NCBI GenBank assembly: GCA_043228905.1
Contig: JBHGNT010000020.1
Coordinates: forward strand, 5,890,001 to 5,954,000
Length of the DNA stretch: 64,000 nt
Source of the DNA: Azolla caroliniana
Lineage: Eukaryota > Plantae > Polypodiophyta
Direction of reading: 5' to 3'
In this document: piece after piece, positions 34,905-49,786 of the stretch
Position numbering within the stretch: the stretch's first letter is position 1
Layout of the letters: each line of letters begins with the position of its first letter
Translations under genes and position numbers: made by a program
The notes under the pieces: generated by a model
Seen by the model: the letters and a program-made list of their open reading frames with translations, nothing else
What the model was told of the DNA's origin: nothing
Databases searched by the model: none

Positions 34905-37900
34905 ATGGCATGGGAAGTCACTCAAATCCTTCTCAATGCACAGTCTCCTGATGGTTCGGTTAGAAAAGTCGCGGAAGATAGCCTGAAGCAATTTCAAGAA
35001 CAAAATTTGCCATCTTTTCTTTTATCACTAGCACATGAGCTTGCTAACAATGAAAAGCCACCTGAGACTCGAAAACTTGCGGGACTTATCTTGAAAAACT
35101 CGCTAGATGCTAAAGATGTGACAAGAAAAGCTGAACTAGTCCAAGCATGGGTCTCTCTTAATGATTCACTCAGGGAACAAATCAAGAAATCTCTTTTGAA
35201 TACATTATCTTCCACTGTCGTTGATGCTCGCCACACATCATCACAAGTTATTGCAAAAGTTGCTGCAATAGAGATACCACAAGGTCAATGGCCAGAGCTT
35301 GTAGGCATTCTATTGAGCAATATGGGATCTTCGCAGTCAGAGCAAGGTGCGGTGCTAAGACAGTCTACCTTAGAAACACTAGGTTATGTATGTGAAGAAA
35401 TATCGGCGAATGTCTTGGCACAAGAGCAAGTCAATGCAATCCTTACGGCAGTTGTTCAGGGTATGAATACATCTGAGACCAATAATGATGTTAGGTTGGC
35501 AGCCACCAAAGCTCTATATAATGCTCTTGATTTTGCCCAGAGTAACTTTGAGAATACGATGGAGAGAGATTATATCATGCGAGTGGTTTGTCAGGCAACA
35601 CTCTCTCCAGACAAAAGGGTCAGATTGGCAGCTTTTGAATGCCTTGTGTCGATTTCTTCCACTTACTATGAAAAGCTAGCTCCATATATGCAAGATCTGT
35701 TCTCTATTACGTCAAAAGCAGTTCGAGAGGATGAAGAACCTATTGCCTTGCAAGCAATTGAGTTTTGGAGCTCAATTTGTGATGAAGAGATTGAGATTCA
35801 AGATGAATATGGGGTTGATTTTTCAGGTGATTCTGAGGTTCCATATTTTAAGTTTGTGAAGCAAGCTCTTGCTGCTCTTGTACCAATGCTGTTAGAAACA
35901 CTGACAAAGCAAAACGAAGATCCAGATCAAGAAGAAGAAACATGGAATTTGGCTATGGCAGGTGGTACTTGCTTAGGTCTTGTGGCAAGGACTGTTTGTG
36001 ATGATATCGTTCCTCTTGTTATGCCTTATGTTCAAGAGAACATCGCGAAGCCTGATTGGCGATGTAGAGAAGCTGCCACTTATGCATTTGGATCAATTCT
36101 AGAAGGTCCTTCTCTTGAACAATTAACTCCGTTGGTAAATCATGCTCTTTCTTTTATGCTAAATGCAATGAAAGATGAAAACAACCAAGTGAAAGATACT
36201 ACAGCATGGACATTGGGTAGGATTTTTGAGTTTCTACATGGCCCAAACATTGAGGCACCTGTTATAACTCCATCCAACCTACCTCAAATCCTTGGGGTTT
36301 TGTTAGAAAGAATCTCAGATGTGCCAAATGTTGCGGAAAAGGTGTGTGGTGCTATTTATCTACTTGCCCAAGGTTATGAGGATTTGGATCAAACAACTTC
36401 TCCCTTATCACCATTCTTCCAGAGTATTATCCAAGCGCTTCTAGTGACAACAGATAGAGAAGATGCTGGTGATTCTCGTTTGAGAGCTTCAGCATATGAA
36501 ACATTGAATGAAATAGTTCGATGTTCTAGTGAAGACACGGCCCCTATTGTTGTTCAGCTGATACCTGTTGTGATGCAAAAGCTGAGTAATACGCTTGATA
36601 TGCATGTGGTTTCGACCGATGACAGGGAAAAACAAACTGAGGTTCAAGCTTTACTATGTGGTGTATTACAGGTTATAGTACAGAAATTAGGTGCTTCCGA
36701 ATCTACGAAATTTGGTATAATGCAATATGCCGATCAAATGATGTCACTATTTCTTAGAGTATTTGCTTGTAGGAGTGCTACGGTTCATGAAGAAGCAATG
36801 CTGGCTATTGGTGCATTGGCATATGTTACAGGTACAGATTTTGTGAAGTATATGCCGGAATTTTATAAGTATCTGGAGATGGGTCTTCAGAACTTTGAGG
36901 AATACCAAGTGTGCGCAATTACAGTCGGTGTTGTGGGTGATATTTGTCGAGCTCTAGATGAGAAAGTTCTACCATTTTGCGATGGTATAATGACACATCT
37001 ATTGAAGAATTTGTCTAGTAGTCAGCTTCATCGCTCAGTAAAACCCCCCATCTTTTCCTGCTTCGGTGACATTGCTCTTGCTATTGGAGAAAATTTTGAG
37101 AAATATCTCATGTATGCTATGCCTATGCTGCAAGGAGCTGCTGAGCTTTCTGCACAATCTGCAAATCAGGACGACGAAGTGATTGAGTACTATAATCAAC
37201 TTCGTATTGGCATCTTAGAAGCATATTCTGGGATTTTTCAAGGTTTCAAGAACAAGAAATCTGATTTGATGGTTCCCTATGCTAGTCATATACTGCAATT
37301 CCTCGAGAGCGTATGTGCAGACATGTACAGGTACTGCTTCAAAATTCACTCTTTATGTAGGATATGTTTAACATAATATATATGCATACATATGTAGATA
37401 TGTCTGTTCTTCTTAAGCTGTATCCTATCCTTACTTTTTAATGTAATATATTTATACATTTTGGATTCCATGAAAGGGAATTTTTTCATGTAAATGAAAT
37501 CTATTTGGTGACATGGGTTTTCTTGATTTGATATATCTGATTGTCTCAATATGATTACATCCCATGAGTATATAATGATAAGCACCTTCTTCTTTAGTAT
37601 ATGTTGAATATCCTACCTTGCTGATTATATTCATGTTTATTCTGTAATTAAAAACCGATTTCATTCATTCCTTTTTTTATATGACACGTATCTTATGTGA
37701 ATGAATTTGTGTATTCAGACATATGCACATGTACATTATTTTGTTAATATGTAATCTATCTTATGTGAATGAACTTTTGATGTTTGTTTTCAGGGATGAG
37801 GCTGTTACCAAAGCAGCTGTAGGTGTATTGGGTGACTTAGCTGACACATTAGGTCCTAATGTATCATCGTTCTTCCAGAGTTCGACGTTTTATAAGAACT

Positions 37901-37992
37901 TTTTGGAGGAATGCCAAAATTCTGATGATCGTTCACTAAAAGAAACATCAGATTGGGCTTTAGCTACAATCAACCGCATCACCTCTGGTTGA
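34905..37992 (+). CDS. KPNB1: Importin subunit beta-1, 874 aa; exons 34905-37330 and 37794-37992
   Basis: IBN_N motif RKLAGLILKNSL, QAIEFWSSICDEE, DWRCREAATYAFGSILEGP and HEAT repeats. A phase-2 GT-AG intron (37331-37793) joins the exons in frame. Probable 5' UTR intron from 33975 to 34885 or 34903. Confidence 0.96.
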
Positions 37993-40480
37993 AAGAAGTA
38001 ACACTCTATGGCTTTTATGTAAAAGTGTTCCTTCAAATTTTCCCTTGTATTGCGGATGAATGAATTGCATTTAATGCCCGAATATCTGGATTTTGTAGGT
38101 TTTGCATTTTACCATTTTGAATCGCTAGTTTTTTATGTAAAAGCAGATGATACCACTTTCATGAAGTTTTATTATTATTTATGGTGAACAACAAATACTT
38201 AATGTTCTCATCAAAGACTGTCCCATGTAATAGGGACATGGTGATATTGGTGCATCTGTGCGCCATTTTGGATAGCTTGATTTTGAAAGGAAATTCTACC
38301 ATTTCATCTGTAGTCATCTCATTTGTCCTCCGTTTTTTTATTTAACAACAATATTCTTTTCTCCAATATCTAGTCCTTCCATGAAATTGTTTCTTTTGTC
38401 ATTCAATTTTATAACAATATTTTGTCACTATAGCTGTGCATGTGTATAACTAACATACCTATGTTTATGTGCTAGACAGTGGCAAAATCAGTTATTAAAG
38501 CCCGAGTATTTGGGAAACCAGTTCATTTTCTTTTTCTTTTTACCTCTAGTTATTTCCCCATCCGCTTCACAGTTGGCTGCATTGTAGATGATTAAAAATC
38601 TATTCTGCTCCTTATGTTGTATTCAACTGATAAGTCGATCATCTTGGTTTGGTTTACATGTGAAGTGACTATGTAAAATGAAGTGATTAGGCTTCGTTCA
38701 AAGTGATTTGGCCTCGTTTTAAGACGGAACCATCTGGTCTCATAAGCCATTTTGGCCTGTAATATTTTGTATAATACGCAGTAAGAGTTGAAATATAAAT
38801 ATTGAAAGTACTGGTCTTTAATTTAAATGGATGTTCAAATGGAAACTAGAATGTCCTTGAAAAGTGTAGGTTCAAAAATTGGTAAAGTTGGACTAATAAT
38901 AGCTTGCTATAATATGCATGGAATTAGGTAGTTTCTTGAATGCTTACCAATTTCATCAATTGTTAGTGATTGACATTAATTGTGAAATTGAATGAATTAA
39001 TCTTTAAAAATCAGAGGGTATACTATGAATATATTACGTAGATAAATTGTGATCATTGTGCACAATATTAACTAGTATTATTAATGCTATTTCCTTGATC
39101 ATAATTGTCAATGTATGAGTCAAGGTGGTTATTGATAACAATGTCATACTTGAAATTCTGTGTGCTTCTTCTAACGGAGTGCAGCATGATTGGTCACTTT
39201 CATATTATAATATATGTATTAACAACATTTAAAATGATAAAACCTATAATTTCATGCCATTTCTCCAACTAAGAGGAAAGGATATTTTAGATAGTTTTAC
39301 CCCAACAAGCAAAAGTTTGTAAAATTCGGACCAACTTGATAAAGTGAACCAACCAAAGTGTTTTGGTTCACATCTTATCCTCTTTTCTTCCCTTGCATCT
39401 ATAGTAAACCCACTTGCACACACTATCTCACAAGCTTGTGGTCACTACCTTAGATGTGGATAATTTGTAAACCACAGTGGATAGGGATACCTCGAAAGCC
39501 GCATTGAATGTGCATATCGTGCATACCAAATTTTAGTTATGTACTTGAACTACGACTCATGCTTTCATGATTTCCAATTGAAGTATCTCGATGCTCGCAC
39601 TAGTCTACTTTCCAACAAGTGGTCATAGTACTGGAAACCACTACACCATGTAATGAATGGGGATTTACTGAAAGGCCATCATCCGACTTTCGAAATATGC
39701 TCGATCTACTACTTTTTTACAAAATCTAACAAATCCACAATGAGACATGTGGATATGGTTCACACAAAAAGCATACGAGAATCCCAAAAGTTTGTGCTGG
39801 TGGAGGAATAGACAAGACAAGAAACACAAGACCATCATCTCCACAACCTTGCATATAGGACACTGCTCGCTATGCAACAAGCTAATAACGCGCACATGCG
39901 TGCACACACTCATGGCGTGGAACTTTGAGAGCAACAGGGTATCGGTACATACTTTTAACCACCGTCACCAACCACCCCAGCCCATGGGATGGAGTGGGTG
40001 GGATATGCAAAATATGAGGAAACAAAGTGTGTGTGAAAATATTAGAGAGGAAGCAAAGCAAACCCCCCATTTTGCATGATGAGGATGTTATCTACTACTA
40101 CTACTACTACTAAGAGTCTACTGCTACAACAATCTACTACTACTAGTACAACTACTGATAAGAGTATGTTTGGTACTACTACTACACTCTAGTAAGTGAG
40201 TGAGTGAGTGTCTATCACAACTATCAACTATGTATATCATATGTATGCATGCATGTATATGTATGTGAGTCCTTCTAAGTTCTCAACCCCCCACAACTTT
40301 CACTCCTCTCTCTCTCTCTCTCTCTCACTTCCCATCTTCTCTCAGTCTCTTTTTATCATTATCTGTGTAGGTAAGGTAGCTGCATTGAAATTTGACATAC
40401 ATACATACATACTGATACATATACCGGTCGTTGCGTTGGTTACTCATCATTATCACCATCGCGGCTACGTTCATTCATTA

Positions 40481-40496
40481 CCACCACCACCAGCAC

Positions 40497-40536
<40 letters not shown>
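40481..40536 (+). repeat. (CAC)n/(CAT)n microsatellite abutting the SDH start codon
   Basis: About 14 CAT units run directly into the ATG at 40537. Confidence 0.95.
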
Positions 40537-40538
<2 letters not shown>

Positions 40539-43500
40539 GGGCAAGGGCTCTGCGATCAGTGGATCCTCCTCCTCTGTCATCTCTGCTACCGATCCCTCAG
40601 CTCCCAACCTCGCGGCATGGCTCATGGCAGCAAATACCCTCCACATCAAGCCGTTGGATCTCCCCTCTCTCGGTATGTATGCCATCATCCGTCCGTGCAT
40701 GTACTACATATTCTATGCGCGTTCTGTATGTTGTCCGTGAGCAGCAGTAAGTGTGTCACCACTTTATTCATCACCATTCCCCTACCTAGTATCTGATCTT
40801 CACTCTTCTTCTATGCACAGGACCTGGCGATGCTAAGATCAGGATGAAAGCTGTGGGCATTTGTGGGAGTGATGTTCATTACCTCAAGGTTCGTAGTGGG
40901 TCACTCATACTGACCACCTAAGCTTTTCAATAATAATATCAAGGAATAAAGAAATTCGACAACTTTCCGAAATGGAAGGATACATGGACTCAAATTACAA
41001 ATCAATTAATTTGCATTTAATTAAGAATCAGATGATTGAAACATAAGTTCCTATGTCATGGAAAGCTCAACTTGTTTGTGTGCCCTGAAATTCAGCATAT
41101 GCGGTGTGCTGATTTCATAGTGAAGGAACCGATGGTGATAGGGCATGAGTGTGCCGGGATAGTGGAGGAGATTGGGAGCCAAGTGAAGCACTTGAGTGTG
41201 GGCGATCGTGTGGCACTTGAGCCTGGGGTCTTCTGCGGACATTGCTCCCAGTGCAAAGAAGGGCGTTACAACTTATGCGATGACATGAAGTTTTTCGCTA
41301 CACCTCCTGTCCATGGGTCCTTGGCCCATTATGTGTGCACCCATCTTACTACTATCTCCCCTCTTTGTCTTGTTTTTCTAGCATTTTGACTTGCTTTGCT
41401 TTTGCTTCTCTCTAGTTTTCGAAATTTTTCGTCTGTGTGCCTTTCCTAGTTTCTTTTGGCTCCTAGGTTTTGGTACTTCTAAAGACAAAATGGAAGGATG
41501 CTCAGAATCTACCATTGGATTTTTAATCTAATGCCTTCTAAGCCCTCCTTTCATTTTGCTAGGGCCAAAAGTAGTAAAGAAAATTAGGATATATCTCATC
41601 GGAATTTCATTTTGTTTTTGAGAGATAGGTTGTACATCCGGCATCCCTATGCTTCAAATTACCCGACAATATGAGCCTTGAAGAAGGGGCCTTGTGTGAA
41701 CCTCTAAGTGTGGGTGTTCATGCATGTAGGCGTGCGGGCACTGGGCCTCATACCAAAGTGCTCGTGCTTGGGGCGGGTCCCATTGGCCTAGTCACCTTGA
41801 TGGCCTCAAAAGCTTTCGGATCTCCTCGAGTTGTTATAATCGATGTTGATGAGAGTAGACTGCAAATGGCAAAGAGACTTGGGGCTGATGCAACCATTCG
41901 TGTCTCGACGTCAGCGAAGGTAAGCACGTTTTGCTTTTGTGAAGGTAGCTATATTAAACTGATTTAAATCAAGGAAAATATGGAAGTGTAAGGTCTTGAT
42001 GATATCATATGCATATTGTGATAGGGTATTTTATCAAGTATTATTTCATGTGGTTACAAAGTTCATCAACCTGTCAAATAAAAGTTCATGTGATGTTTCA
42101 CACTTTCACTATTTTTCATTTGAAACATAATGTTGGTTACATGGTCATAATAGTGTGTATGGGTGGGTAAATGATTGGATGGGTACAGAAATTGATTATT
42201 TGGGAGATCATAATCGTCAAGCTTGTGAGCATCATTTGAACTTTGGGAATGGAACGGACTTGGGTGGATGTAGGTGTGTAATTGATGATGAGGATTGGAA
42301 CATTGCTATTTGTTTCTTCAGTGAGCTCCTTTAAGTAAAACTATATATAGTGGACGTGTGTTTCGGTATTTTATTCATGCTTTACTGTGTTGATAACAGT
42401 AATGCAAGACTAGTTATCAATGTTAAGTTCAAACCTTGGGAGGGTTTCTTTAAACTTCTACTTCATGGACAAGTGGTAGCCATACTTCTTTAGCAGCTTG
42501 ACCAGCTGATATATATAAATTCTGCTTCTGTGGAGGACCGTGCATTGTTTCTTAGAATGCCATGAAAATGATCTGCCAGCAGGTAAACCCAAAACCTGTG
42601 GTTTACTGTCTCGTGTCTAAGTCTCCATTGTAATCTCAGTTGTATCATCCTTGTACACCGAACCTTTGTCGTGATAATGTGAATCTGGATCATAGACGTG
42701 TTTAAGATACCCATAAGTTATCTTTAGGCACTCCAATGATCATGTCCTGGATTTCGCCAAATGTTGAAATGTAGCCTGTGATGAAACATAGATCTGGTGT
42801 GGTGCAAGAAACTAAGTAGGCTAGGGTGCATTGTATCTCTCTATAGGGGATTGCCTTCATTTGTTCTATTTCTTCAATTTCTGTTGGGGATTGATCTGAG
42901 CTAAACGTTAGACTAGGCTCAGATGGAATTAGTGCTGGCTTACACTCAAACATATAGTGCTTTGTAAGTACATCCTTTATAAATGATCTTATAGACCGAG
43001 ACAAATGCTGTATGGAGATTATATGAATGTAACTTCCATGCCTATGAGGTAACGTACTTGTCTTCCATCTGTAATGGTGATTGTGCTTGAAACTTCTATT
43101 TTGACCTGTTTTATAGCTTAGAGTTACTTAATACCATTATGTCATCGACATAGATCACTAGAAATGAGAATATGATTTTCAAGATGTCTAGTGTACACAT
43201 TTGAATCTGATCTGAGCCTCTTAAATCCTTGTTGGATAAGGAATTTGTGGAGTTGGTAATACCATAACCTAGGGGATAATGTAAGATCATATAATGTCTT
43301 TTCTAAAATACATACATAGTCCGGGTGAAAGGATCTTGGAAGTATGGAAGCTGCACCATATAACTATCGGTATCTAAATTAAATTTTTTTTGAAAAGCTT
43401 TTTGAAAATCTATTTGCTATATTATGAGGTCTAAGAGGATAGTTTAGCTAAAAGAACCCAAACAATTGTGAGTGAAGGTACCGGGGCTAGAAGGGATTCT

Positions 43501-46500
43501 TCATCGAAGATACGACTCTGGCTGAAGGAGAATTGATGAGTGGTGGTGGTGTATAATCTGTACCCTTTTACACTAAAACTGTCTCCATAGCCTACAAATA
43601 TGATTTTCTGTGCAGGGTTCTGAAGTATGTTTCTTCTTTCTAATGGGACATAGGAATATGCCATACTGCCAAATACTTTGAGGTGAGATAGTGGTGGTTT
43701 CATTCCTGTGTATAATTCCAAATATGTTCCCGTGGAGTCGTTGAGGATGGGAGCCTGTTTTGAAGGTAACAGGCTGTTGCAACTGCTTCTTCTCAAAATC
43801 TGTTCGGAAGTTTGACTATCTTTAGCTTTGATCTGCATGCCTCCATGAGCTGATGATTTTTGCTTTCTGCCTTCCCATTTCCCTAAGGGTTGCAAGGGAT
43901 TGTAGGTTGACTCTGAATGCCTTGGTTTTGTAGGTGTTTTTGGAACTCGTTGGAGGTGTATTCACTACTGTTATCACTTCAGAGTGTCTTGATAGTGCAG
44001 TTGAGCTATGTTTTGTAAAATGGGCAGTGAGTTAATCCGTCTGTTTTGTGTTTAAGGAAAGAGGCTATTATACAGTGTGAGTAGTCATCAATTAACTCAG
44101 GGACATTGGGCATGGGTGTACATAGAATTGGAATTTTAAGTGGTTCAGAAATACCTTGGCAAAGCTTGTATTGTCTTACCTCTCTTGTAGTGCTAGCTTT
44201 TGAGGATGTCCTTAGTGATAGTGCCACGTTAGGGTGTTGTACTCAACATCGTTGGAGAGGGTATACCAGATATTTGTAGGATTTGGAGGGCGAGTGGTTA
44301 TGGCAAGTGATTGTGATTATATAGCCATTCGTCCATGTTCATGTTAACATACAGGAGGATCCTTGGAAAATGATTGAGATGCCTTTAGCCGTGGCTCCGC
44401 TGACTGATATGAGGTGCTTGGTGAGACCTTGGACGAAATACACATACAGGAGGGTCCTCTATTGGTAGGGGTTTATGTCCTGAAACTTGCGAGTTTCAAT
44501 GTTCCATATCCAATTACATGCTTGGTACTGTTGTCAACCAAATGAATATCTAGAGGTATTGATAATCTTCCACATTGTGAAAGAAGGCGCTTGTTGAAGG
44601 TCTTGTAGTGCATTGTACTGGTGTTCAAGTGCTATGAGTTACTTGAACTTTGAGAATGGTCCGTAACCATTGTATTGAATAGACACATTTGTCTTTATCA
44701 CGTAAGTTTTCTTGGAGATCGGCTATTCAAGCTTGAGGTCCATGGTTTTGTTGGTGTGCATTTGTTCTTCATGTGAATTTCGTAGTGTCCTTGTCTTTTG
44801 CAGAAGTGACCATGAAGATTCCTTCTTTGTTGGACTCTGTTATAATTATATTGGTGGGTTTGTTTGTGGAGCATGTTAGTGCTTTGATTATATTGGCTTG
44901 GTTTGTAATGATGAGCTTTGCTGATTTGGGTTGCCATAGCTGTGGGGTTGATTTGTTATTTATTGAGGGACTCACACGTAGTTAAGGGTCTGCTCCTGAT
45001 TTTTTTTTCTGATGACAATGTCAATTTCGTGTAGTTAAAGCCGAATTGTAGTTACAAATGATCTCCAACTCGGGGACAGTGCACCTAGAAATATTAGTTT
45101 CTGCTGATTAAAATTGAAGTTTGAACTCATTGTGGTGGCTTCGTCTAGGTGACTGCATTATCTCCAGGAATTGATTTAACATTTTCTCCTTCTTAAGAGC
45201 TGAGTTTGATTCAGTGTTTGATGAGAATAACTTGTGTTGCTGTATGTGTTTATTGATCTTTTAAGAACTCCCACATATTGTATAGAGGCCTTATTGTTCA
45301 ACAAGCGAACTTATTTTCCAGGGTGTTGACGCAATGTCTCATAGTTTAAGACAACAAAGGTAGTCATATTTGTACTTGCTATCCGGATAGTTGATGCTTG
45401 TGAGTTTCTCTAGGTGAACCTATCTTGAGACACACTTGAATGTGTTGGGGTGTGTGAAGTGGGATAGGTTGGTGGATCACATGGTTAGGGTTATGGTTGG
45501 GAGACAATAGGACTTTTTATGGTGATATTCTTGGTCTAGTTTTCTGAATTACTGAGCAAAAGTAATGGTGAGTAGAGGAGGGTGGTTAGCAATGGGAAAT
45601 CACAGGTGTCAACAACTTTGCAACATGGCAAGTACAACTGTGAGTATGATGTGTCCTTGTTCCACATCAGGAAGTTTATGCTGATGTGAATGTGATGCGT
45701 CTTACACTTTCATAGAAGTCTTGATTTTAATTAGTTTAATATAGTTACCTCCACAAATCCCAATTGCTTTTCATTCTCAAGACTCTCCATATGCTAGAGA
45801 AAACGTTTCATACTGGGCTTTGTTCTTATACTGATTTTCCCTATTTTTCTCTGACAATGTTCCAACAATATGAGTCTCTATAGATAGCTAGATATGCTCT
45901 TTGCCGCCTATGGAAGATCATAATGGGAGGGGCCAGGGCTAAATCTGCAATGTTGGAATCATAGTGGAAAATCTTTCTAGCCTTCTAAAGCTCAAAATCG
46001 TTTAGGTTAAAATCTATGATGCACAAATTTACCATAAAGGAAACATAAGCCCATAATGCTAGGTCTGAATCTGCAATTTGGAAATGAATTGTAAAAGCAA
46101 ATATGTACTCTTAATGAATGGTATGTCTGAATCTACAATATTGGGGGACCGGGGTGATAAGAAAATCGACTAACCATAAGAATCTCTTCTATCATGGTCG
46201 AATCCCTGCAATGTGGTTGAAAATAATCAGGATGGGCCAAAAATGTCAAAGCCTATATATATGTGTATGTATGTAGTTAGGAACTAATCCAACACGTGAT
46301 AATGAAAATTGTAGTGGAAAATAATATGTAGCCTACTAGAATGTCACAATGTTTTGGTCATTGTCCATGCTATATGTTGAATAGTAAAAGTGGAAAAGAT
46401 TTGTGTTAAAACCTCTTCTTATGGGGTAGATAGACACAGACAGATAAATATATTACTAACGCCCATATGTGACTGAATACAACAGACGAGACTGGGCAAA

Positions 46501-48063
46501 GACACCATGGCAAGGAATGAACTTGGGTTCTCCCATTTTATGATTTGTTATTCTATGATTAAACAAACTGCCAAACCAACCTTTAGTGAAGATCTGATGA
46601 TATATTAATGGGCATAGAAGCCCAACATAACGAGCGAGGTGAACAATTGGTACAAACACTCTACCCAGCTATGTAGATGAGGAATTTTAAAGTGGTAGAG
46701 CAAAAAAAGAAGGTTAAAGCTGAAACGAAAACCAAGATTGTTTTCTCATTTCAGAGTTTGGATCTTCCAGGATTTTTGTTGTGATCAAGTAGATGAGCAA
46801 AGATCATTCTGAGTGTTGTTGGCAATGCGATGGTTCTGTCTTTGTTAGGAGTTCTTGGAAGGCTAGTACAACCTTGAATCATGGCTGATTATGCGCATAT
46901 GTGAGGCATCCCAAAGGGACATAGGCTCTCTTTCAACGTGTGAGCATGTATGTGTATGTACATGAGTGTGATGGATGTGAGCTTGAGCATCATCCAGCCA
47001 ATCAATCTCCAGTTTCTATTTTCATGGCTGATTATGCGCATATGTGAGGTATCCCAAAGGGACATAGGCTCTCTTTCAAAGTGTGAGCATGTATGTGTAT
47101 GTACATGAGTGTGATGGATGTGAGCTTGAGCATCATCCAGCCAATCAACCTCCAGTTTCTATGTACACTTTGTCGAGACTAATATTTATTTGTATTTGTA
47201 TTGCCTCTATATTTCATTTCATGAGCCTCTAAGGTATTTGAAACTATGGACGACTTCAATTGCCTCTTCATTGGATGTTGACAGTGCTGACATACTACCA
47301 TGACGACTTCTGTCATAGCATGTTGACTTCTAAGACACTATACGACGTTCACAGAAAATATGGCTCTGTATCTAAAAGCTTTTGCAGTCTCAGTTGAGAA
47401 ATATGCCAAAAAGTACAACATCATCTGCATAACTCAGAACAAAGATTATGAAGCTTCCAATGGCAGGCTTTTCCTCATGTTTCTCCTAAAGATCCTTGAT
47501 TGAACTCTTCTAGCTGGTCAATACGTAGACCAAATGCATGGCATCCTTTTTTGGGAACCTTTTCTCCAACTTCAAAATTTTGTACCAAATCATATGTTTC
47601 ACTAATTCATATGTAGTGGATGACAGTAACTACCTTGCTTGTAGGATGGCATGTGTATATATATATATATTTGAGGTAGGGGAAGTTTCTGTTCCATTGA
47701 GAGCTAAAAAGGAAGAAATATATGTAGATAGAGAGAGAGAGAGAGAGAGAGAGAAAGAAAATGGGACAGGATACGGAAGAAGAGGTGGTGCTCATCCAGA
47801 AGGCAATGGGGGGAGACATAGACGTGTCATTCGATTGTGTGGGATTTGAGAAGACAATGACCACTGCTTTGAAGGCCACTAAAGCTGGAGGACAAGTTTG
47901 CTTGGTGGGCATGGGTCACACAGACATGCGTGTCCCCTTAACACCGGCCGCCGCCAGGTGTGAACCCTTTTTTATTTAATCTTTGGTTTTTATAAAAAGA
48001 AAATGTTCTAAGATAACCCCCCCTTGGGATTGACATTTTAACATATGTAATCTCTATTTGTGA

Positions 48064-48130
<67 letters not shown>

Positions 48131-48327
48131 ATAGGGAGGTTGATGTGGTAGGTGTGTTTCGATACCGCAACACATACAAACTTTGCATCGACATGATATC
48201 AAGCGGTCGGATAGATGTGAAGCCTCTCATCACACATAGATTTGGGTTCTCACAGAAAGAAGTCGAGGATGCATTTGAGACGAGTGCTAAAGGTGGGAGT
48301 GCTATTAAGGTCATGTTCAATATCTAA
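40537..48327 (+). CDS. SDH: Sorbitol (L-iditol) dehydrogenase, 370 aa; exons 40537-40672, 40821-40888, 41096-41332, 41629-41919, 47770-47957, 48135-48327
   Basis: Zn-dependent MDR motifs [19 protein letters not shown]...[37 protein letters not shown]. All introns are GT-AG and exon phases are consistent (1113 nt in total). Confidence 0.95.
42400..45450 (-). mobile_element. Highly decayed Ty1/copia inside SDH intron 4
   Basis: Remnants [38 protein letters not shown] (about 43140-43160) and IPYRE..TLAYL..TTPDL. Boundaries are approximate. Confidence 0.75.
46879..47162. repeat. About 143-bp tandem duplication in SDH intron 4
   Basis: TCATGGCTGATTATGCGC..CTCCAGTTTCTAT at 46879 and 47022. Confidence 0.9.
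48066..48128. repeat. (TA)n microsatellite, about 31 units, in SDH intron 5
   Basis: Pure TA run ending a few bases before the acceptor AG at 48133-48134. Confidence 0.95.
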
Positions 48328-49786
48328 TGGGATCATGTATTTGATAAACAGAAGGATGGCTTTCAGAGAAACAGCTGCTAAACCACCCTTTATTTAGCTT
48401 ATAAAACTCACCTATGGATGTAAAACTTTGTTATTTTTCTTCTTGTAAAAGTTTGCAGGATCTTAGATAAGCAGTTTGTGAAACTATTTTCAATGTGGAA
48501 GTTAGTTTTTGTCCCATATTTCGAGTTGCCTTAGTTGTAGAGGGTGTGATCCTCAACAAAACAAAGTAAAATATCTATGGCCGAAAAAACTCTCTTAACT
48601 CCAGTTTGATTATTATTAGGTTATGCATATGCACTACATTATTGGCCTATTATTATTCCCTTCTCCAACTTCGAAGAATCTAATAATTAAATAAATAGCT
48701 AGCTTTTTGTCTCAAGATTTAGCTTATTGCTTGTTAAATACTTTTTGAATAAACACAACCTTCAAAATGATATATTTGACACTTTAACAATAATGTATTT
48801 ATGGAGCATAAAAGCCAAAGGTTGGAAAATAATTGTCAATGTACAACATTTTGATACATACCGGCACGTGTAAATATTGCTAATTTTGCATGGTGGCATT
48901 GTTAGTCCAATAAAGTAAACTATCCATCTTGTTACAAACATACATAGGCACCCCATGTAATGTAGTTGAGGATTTCATCCTTATCTTGTTATAAGCTTCA
49001 TAGGATTATCAAGAGTTTGGTAAATTTCTTATCTTAAATTATGCTTATTCGGAAAGGATTTTGATTGTGTTTTATGAGTTTGTGATCAAGTGAGGATTGT
49101 GATGGATTCCTCAGATAAAGAATTGAGTCATCAAGCATTTATCTAAACATGAATGTGTAAGTTCATAAGAGGTGATGTTCGTTTCCAACACATTCAATTC
49201 TCGTTGTGCGAGTGTTTAAGAATTTTTATGGGAATTTTAATGAAAATTTCACCCAACCCCACCTGCTTTGAGATATGCAAAGACAAAAACATGCACACAA
49301 GCTCATATTCTCATATATATTGACTCACATAGTTGCGAATCTAATGTCAAATATCGTATTCAACAACTTCGCCATCTAATCCATCTTTTGTGGTTTAGGT
49401 CCTCAATGGTTGAGCTCACATTCATAGACACGTGCATAACATCACAACAATGTTGATTGTGATAGTGGGTCAACCTCCATATCCCTAGATGCTTGTGGTG
49501 GAGTCCACCTAAAGGCTTAGCCTACTTTTTAATGTGGTTAAAAGTGGGGAACCTACACACAAAATATGCCTCTTTTTCAATCTCTCCTTCACATAATTTG
49601 AAAAATCAATGAGCTATAAGTATGAAAAATGTTCACTCAACTTTATTCTCTAGTTGGTGGGAGGAAACTTTGAGTTTGTCTTGTTGCTTTGCAAGCATCA
49701 TGGGGCATGTACACATTCATGTATCATGGTCTTTATATGAATCCAACATCTAAGAAGTTCAAGAAATAAAATTTATTGTAAACCAT

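Noticed and set aside
39300-39900. Possible decayed non-LTR element or gene between KPNB1 and SDH
   Set aside because: Trp-rich fragments are suggestive, but I could identify no motif, tail or TSD.
40208-40796. Poly-His, poly-Ser and poly-Met ORFs
   Set aside because: Alternative readings of the (CAT)n repeat before the SDH start codon.
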